A DNA stretch of 37,328 bases, from IMG/VR virus record IMGVR_UViG_3300014208_000418, positions 1-37,328 of that record; one strand, 5' to 3'. A program made the position numbers and the translations under genes. Positions 33,504 through 37,328 of the stretch are shown here, piece after piece. Every line of letters starts with the position of its first letter. The stretch's first letter is position 1. Source of the DNA: a virus (Duplodnaviria; Caudoviricetes). The notes under the pieces are model-generated. The model saw nothing but the letters and a program-made list of their open reading frames with translations, did not search any database and had not been told where the DNA came from.

Positions 33504-35707
33504 CATTTTGGATTGTCAAACTTCGTTATCGGGACCATCGTACATCTGCAATTCGGATGCCTCGGCGGCGCTCCGATATTCTCGAATGTTATTTTGTACT
33601 GATTGCCGTCAGAACCGACCTGCGTTTGATTGATATCAAAAAATGTTTCAGACAAGGCGATCACGTTCCCATTGAGCGGCGCACATATCGGGCATACGCG
33701 CTCGTCCTCCGCGGTGAACCATTGCTTGCCGACAACCACGCCGGATTGCTTGTATGCCTCGACCGCAGTATAGTTTGCTGCCTTCAATACCTCTGTCCGG
33801 GCGATCTTGGTTGCGCGGGCAGTATCAGCATCAGCAAACACCTTCTTGATATTCCGGGCGATGTCCGGAATGCCCAACCCATCTTTTACGCCATCAGCAA
33901 GAACCTTGCGCAACTCTCTGCGCGTCACCCTGTTCATCAGCCGGATCCCGCGGACCGCATCCACCCTGAAAAAGTAACGCATCTGTTCCGTGGTCGTATT
34001 GAAAACATTCTCATCTGCGCCGACGCTATCGAGTGAATCATCGCCGATGTCCTGCGCGAGCTGGCGCAATATCGGCATCAGAACATTCACCGACAATCCC
34101 ACTTCCTTCGACACCTCAAAAAGCACACTGTCAATGTCGCCCGGATTCAGCGCTTTCTGTGTTGCATTCAACCGCGCGATCGTTTCCTTCTCCTGCCGGG
34201 CGAATATCTTGTGCAATTCAACTTTGTACCGATCCTCCCACCGGTCCGTCTTTTGGATCAGCGACTTCCACATCTGCACCTTCTGATCCTCTGAGAGCCG
34301 CGACTGCGGGATCGCTTCTTTCTGCTTGGTGCCGGCGCTGTATTGCGCAAGCGCGTTCATCAGTTCGTACTTCACTCCCTTTGCGATATTCTCTGCGATC
34401 TTGTTCCGAAGCGTCGGCGGCGGCACGTCCACTTTCGGCTTCTTGCTCACCGGATGCGTGATCCTCTTTGCATCCTCATCTATTTCGGGATTGCCTTCTT
34501 CCATCAACGGCATCATTCCGACCGGAACATAAAAATTGTCCAGCCCGACCGCTTCATCCAATCCTTCTGCCGCGCGGATCTCGTTCGGGGTCATTGCGCC
34601 GATCGCAAACATGCCCTTGTATTTTTCTATCTTTGCCGCTTGGTCCTGTGGTGTCGGATCATCGAAATCAAAAAATAACTTGTCGCCATCTTTATATTTC
34701 GGCAGTAAAAATTCGTTGAGCGTGTTGCGGATCTTCTCCATCAGCGGCTTCACCGTCCTTTTGCTGAACACATAATCGGTCGCCTCGGCATTTGATACGG
34801 TCACATCCTCGGTCATACCAAGCACCGTTTTCGGCGTCTTGAACAATGCGAGAATTTTATCCCGGCTGAATTTCTGCCCCTCAAGATACTCCATATCCCG
34901 CTGGCTCAAAACGAACGGATGCGCTTTCAGCCCTCCATGCAGGATCGCCATCTTGTGCGCCTTGTCCTTGCCTCCGTATTCAGCGAACCAGTCAGCGCGC
35001 AGGCGTTTTATCTGATCATCCGAGAATGTTTCCTCCGATTCCAGCACGATCGATGGCGTCGCACTATTCTCGAAAAAGTTCCGATTGAAACTCTCGGCGA
35101 AATTGTCAGCATCGATCGTCAGCGCCGCGGCACTCAAAACGGAAAGCCCCCTGTACGCATCAACCGGGTTAAATTCTTTGAAATGGACTATGTCCTCCCG
35201 GGAGATCGGCATATCTTTCACGCCGGGGATCCGGTATACATACCCGGACAGATGGTTTTCCGGATCGGTCGCTATCGTCACCCAGTCCGGACGCAGTACC
35301 CATATCTGAATGATGTCGCTGTTCGGCCGATCGCCCGCGCGCATAAGATACCAAAATGCCTCACCGGCGAGATCTTTGTACGATTGCGTGTACTCGAACA
35401 ACTCTTGCTGTGTCATGAATTCGTTCACTCCGCGCAAAAGTGAAAGCACGTTGTGGTCCTTCACCTCCTCCGCTTCATCCTCGCTGATCCTCCGGTACAG
35501 CCGCAGCTTGATCCGGCTCACGTCCTGCGCTCTCGCGCGCACGCACGCGTACACCCATGACGTGTACGATGCGAGATAGTCACCGGTCTTTCTGTGCGGT
35601 GTCGCCGGGATATGGTAATACCCAAGACCGGACACAGCCACGCCGCTTTTTTTTGCGTAGCCGAATGCATCCAAAAGACGCGTGATGATAGTTTTCTTTT
35701 TTGCCAT
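33503..35707 (-). CDS. HK97-type portal protein fused to MuF (SPP1 gp7-like) minor head domain (734 aa)
   Basis: Start MAKKK at 35707; WVYACV, GEAFW, LRPDWV, IVHFK, FFENSATPS, MTPNEIR; C-terminus IARTE, KQWFTAEDERVCPIC, PPRHPNCRC. Confidence 0.95.
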   Translation of the reverse strand: MAKKKTIITRLLDAFGYAKKSGVAVSGLGYYHIPATPHRKTGDYLASYTSWVYACVRARAQDVSRIKLRLYRRISEDEAEEVKDHNVLSLLRGVNEFMTQQELFEYTQSYKDLAGEAFWYLMRAGDRPNSDIIQIWVLRPDWVTIATDPENHLSGYVYRIPGVKDMPISREDIVHFKEFNPVDAYRGLSVLSAAALTIDADNFAESFNRNFFENSATPSIVLESEETFSDDQIKRLRADWFAEYGGKDKAHKMAILHGGLKAHPFVLSQRDMEYLEGQKFSRDKILALFKTPKTVLGMTEDVTVSNAEATDYVFSKRTVKPLMEKIRNTLNEFLLPKYKDGDKLFFDFDDPTPQDQAAKIEKYKGMFAIGAMTPNEIRAAEGLDEAVGLDNFYVPVGMMPLMEEGNPEIDEDAKRITHPVSKKPKVDVPPPTLRNKIAENIAKGVKYELMNALAQYSAGTKQKEAIPQSRLSEDQKVQMWKSLIQKTDRWEDRYKVELHKIFARQEKETIARLNATQKALNPGDIDSVLFEVSKEVGLSVNVLMPILRQLAQDIGDDSLDSVGADENVFNTTTEQMRYFFRVDAVRGIRLMNRVTRRELRKVLADGVKDGLGIPDIARNIKKVFADADTARATKIARTEVLKAANYTAVEAYKQSGVVVGKQWFTAEDERVCPICAPLNGNVIALSETFFDINQTQVGSDGNQYKITFENIGAPPRHPNCRCTMVPITKFDNPK

Positions 35708-35713
35708 GAGTAT

Positions 35714-35743
35714 AAAAAAATGAGCCAGCATATCGCTGGCTCA
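35714..35743 (-). terminator. Terminator-like hairpin immediately upstream of the portal start
   Basis: TGAGCCAGC-gatat-GCTGGCTCA (perfect 9 bp) plus T7, 6 nt before ATG 35707. Confidence 0.75.
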
Positions 35744-35793
35744 CGTGGTCCGCTTTGTGCGGCACAATGGCCGCTAAAATGTGTTGAAAAACA

Positions 35794-36021
35794 CTATTGA
35801 TCTTGTGGCTTAATAATAACACGCTCTCGCGCCTCGGTCAAAAGACGCTTGTGGATAACCGTGAATGTCGCCTGTATGCGCACGAATGAGCCACAATAGG
35901 GACACTTCATCGTGAACGTAGTGCCTTCCGCAATTGCTGTCTGCGTCAGTATAGGCCGCTGGCATGCGGTACTCGGGCAGTGCAGTGTACTTGTCAAGCG
36001 TCCTTTGTTGTTGTTCTCCAT
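35794..36021 (-). CDS. Small Cys4 zinc-ribbon protein (Mu Com-like, 75 aa)
   Basis: Start MENNNK at 36021; LHCPSTACQRPIL...MKCPYCG. Confidence 0.75.
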   Translation of the reverse strand: MENNNKGRLTSTLHCPSTACQRPILTQTAIAEGTTFTMKCPYCGSFVRIQATFTVIHKRLLTEARERVIIKPQDQ

Positions 36022-36025
36022 AAAT

Positions 36026-37328
36026 TTATCCGATGCCGGGCGCATGCTTCTTCCAGTCCACGCGGCCGAATTCGCACAGCGCCCAACTGTCGGGATGATC
36101 GTCATGAAATGGTTTATTGTTCTCATCCGAGCCATCCGGGTGATGCACGGACAGATATTGCCCTTTGTATTCCTGCTGCAGATCCAGCATTTCTTTCCGG
36201 AAGTGTTGCGCCGCCTTTTCGTTCGCCGGTATCACTTTAGTGTCCGGCAACAGCACCATGACATTCTTGATCGATTGCTTGAGTATCTTGTACATGGCAT
36301 CCTTGCTCTCCATCGAGAATTTCACCCGCAGGATCGCGCGCGATCCCCACTTTCCACGCCGCACGAATTTATCCGGCATGAAATCACCCTGCCCGGTACT
36401 GTCGATCGCAATGCGCCGGATGCTGTCATACGAATCGAGCACCTTCACGATGATGTCGTACTGGTCCTCATAATTGTCGCCCTGTATCTCGAACCGATAG
36501 CAGAATTGCACTTTGCCCTCGATCTCCGGATGATCACGCTCGATCGTCACCACGGTCCGGTCCACGATCTTGGCAACATCGATCCCCACATAACAATTCG
36601 GCGCTGGCTTCGTTCCCTTCTTCGGATTTTTCGGATCCACCGGGATCGGTTTGTTTTCCATGATATATCCGCGGCCCTTTTCGATCATGGCATCGAGCTG
36701 CGGTTCGCTGGTAAAGTTCCCGGCTCCGATCACCCACTTGAGCAGAAATTGCGTGCTGATGTATTCGCTCACCTCTTTCAGCGCATCATCATCGCTGGCC
36801 TGCAAAGCGGCAAGGATTTTCACCGGATCAAGCCCCTCCTCGCGCATCTCATGCTCGACATACCGGCGGTACAACAGATGCTTCGGATCCCCCGAATCAC
36901 GGAATGCCTGTTCGCGCTCTTGAAACACCCGCGGCAGTTCAATCTTCAAAAGACGCTTGCCGCTTTCCACCTTGCTCTTGAAAAGACAGTTCCGGTATCC
37001 GGCGGTCCCGATATACACGCGCGGCGCATTCGTTGACGCGCCCATCGGGAACACCATATTTTTCAACCGCTTGTCGTCGACATTCTGCGCCTCCTCGATG
37101 ATGATCAAGTCCAGCGTTTTAGATTCTGCCTGTCCCTTGTTTACCGGGAAGATATATACCTCTCCGAGATACTCTCCTTTTTTGGTGTAAAGCCGTACCG
37201 TCCTACTGTTCCACCGCTTCGGAAAACGCAATGCACCCTCGCCCTCGATATTCGTTGCAAAGCCAAGATCCTTGATCTGCGCGAATTGATTCTTGAGCCG
37301 GTCAAAGTCCGTGGTTGCCTGTTCGCGC
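36026..37328 (-). CDS. Terminase large subunit (5' truncated by window)
   Basis: Frame open to the edge (REQATTDFDRLK...); LDLIIIEEAQ Walker B, YIGTA, YVGIDVAK..DRTV RNase-H-like nuclease, HDDHPDSWAL. Confidence 0.93.
   Translation of the reverse strand, partial: REQATTDFDRLKNQFAQIKDLGFATNIEGEGALRFPKRWNSRTVRLYTKKGEYLGEVYIFPVNKGQAESKTLDLIIIEEAQNVDDKRLKNMVFPMGASTNAPRVYIGTAGYRNCLFKSKVESGKRLLKIELPRVFQEREQAFRDSGDPKHLLYRRYVEHEMREEGLDPVKILAALQASDDDALKEVSEYISTQFLLKWVIGAGNFTSEPQLDAMIEKGRGYIMENKPIPVDPKNPKKGTKPAPNCYVGIDVAKIVDRTVVTIERDHPEIEGKVQFCYRFEIQGDNYEDQYDIIVKVLDSYDSIRRIAIDSTGQGDFMPDKFVRRGKWGSRAILRVKFSMESKDAMYKILKQSIKNVMVLLPDTKVIPANEKAAQHFRKEMLDLQQEYKGQYLSVHHPDGSDENNKPFHDDHPDSWALCEFGRVDWKKHAPGIG

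Larger units (their letters stand above)
1..37328 (-). mobile_element. Tailed dsDNA phage/prophage (siphovirus-like), near-complete, single coding strand
   Basis: Ordered terminase-portal-protease-capsid-connector-tail tube-chaperone-TMP-fibre-lysin modules; no host housekeeping genes; both ends fall inside phage-type genes (TerL, ParB-N). Confidence 0.97.

Noticed and set aside
249-37190. Many long plus-strand ORFs (for example 35912-37036, 29012-29941, 24989-25891, 30927-31784, 32528-33385)
   Set aside because: They are antisense shadows of well-supported minus-strand genes, with no recognisable motifs.
1-37328. Stop-codon reassignment (code 25 or 15)
   Set aside because: Conserved genes are full length in code 11, and TGA, TAG and TAA all end genes at coupled junctions.
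36026-37328. Intein or intron in the terminase
   Set aside because: Short insertions are present, but no Cys/Ser...His-Asn splice motifs, and the frame is continuous.

Overview
This window is most of a roughly 37+ kb tailed (siphovirus-type, HK97-fold) phage or prophage genome. Every credible gene is on the minus strand, most coupled by ATGA or short overlaps, in genetic code 11. Read from right to left there are three blocks. (1) Morphogenesis and lysis, about 37.3-20.8 kb: terminase large subunit (cut by the window edge), a small Zn-finger gene, portal-MuF fusion, prohead protease, major capsid, head-tail connectors, tail tube, tail chaperone with a -1 frameshift, short tape measure, tail tip/fibre, a two-domain endolysin and holins. 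(2) A probable early recombination/replication block, about 20.7-13.9 kb: RlpA-like secreted protein, a 66-bp-repeat protein, RecT, a PD-(D/E)XK nuclease fused to an FtsK motor, Zn-finger microproteins and a stand-alone DnaA domain-IV protein. (3) An about 12.3 kb glycan synthesis and decoration operon, 13.6-1.3 kb: nucleotide-sugar dehydrogenase, epimerase, deacetylase, five glycosyltransferase-like genes (one HNH-fused, one GT4-GT2 fusion) and four SAM methyltransferases, followed by VRR-NUC and ParB-N genes. No integrase, polymerase, helicase, tRNA or CRISPR array is visible. The most striking unexplained items are the glycan operon, the nuclease-FtsK/RecT pair, DnaA boxes at operon boundaries beside a DnaA-domain-IV gene, a ~240-nt structured RNA candidate inside the glycan operon, and a terminator hairpin just before the portal start. 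A Patescibacteria (CPR)-like monoderm host is inferred, not shown. All family assignments are from motif recognition by eye; no database searches were run.
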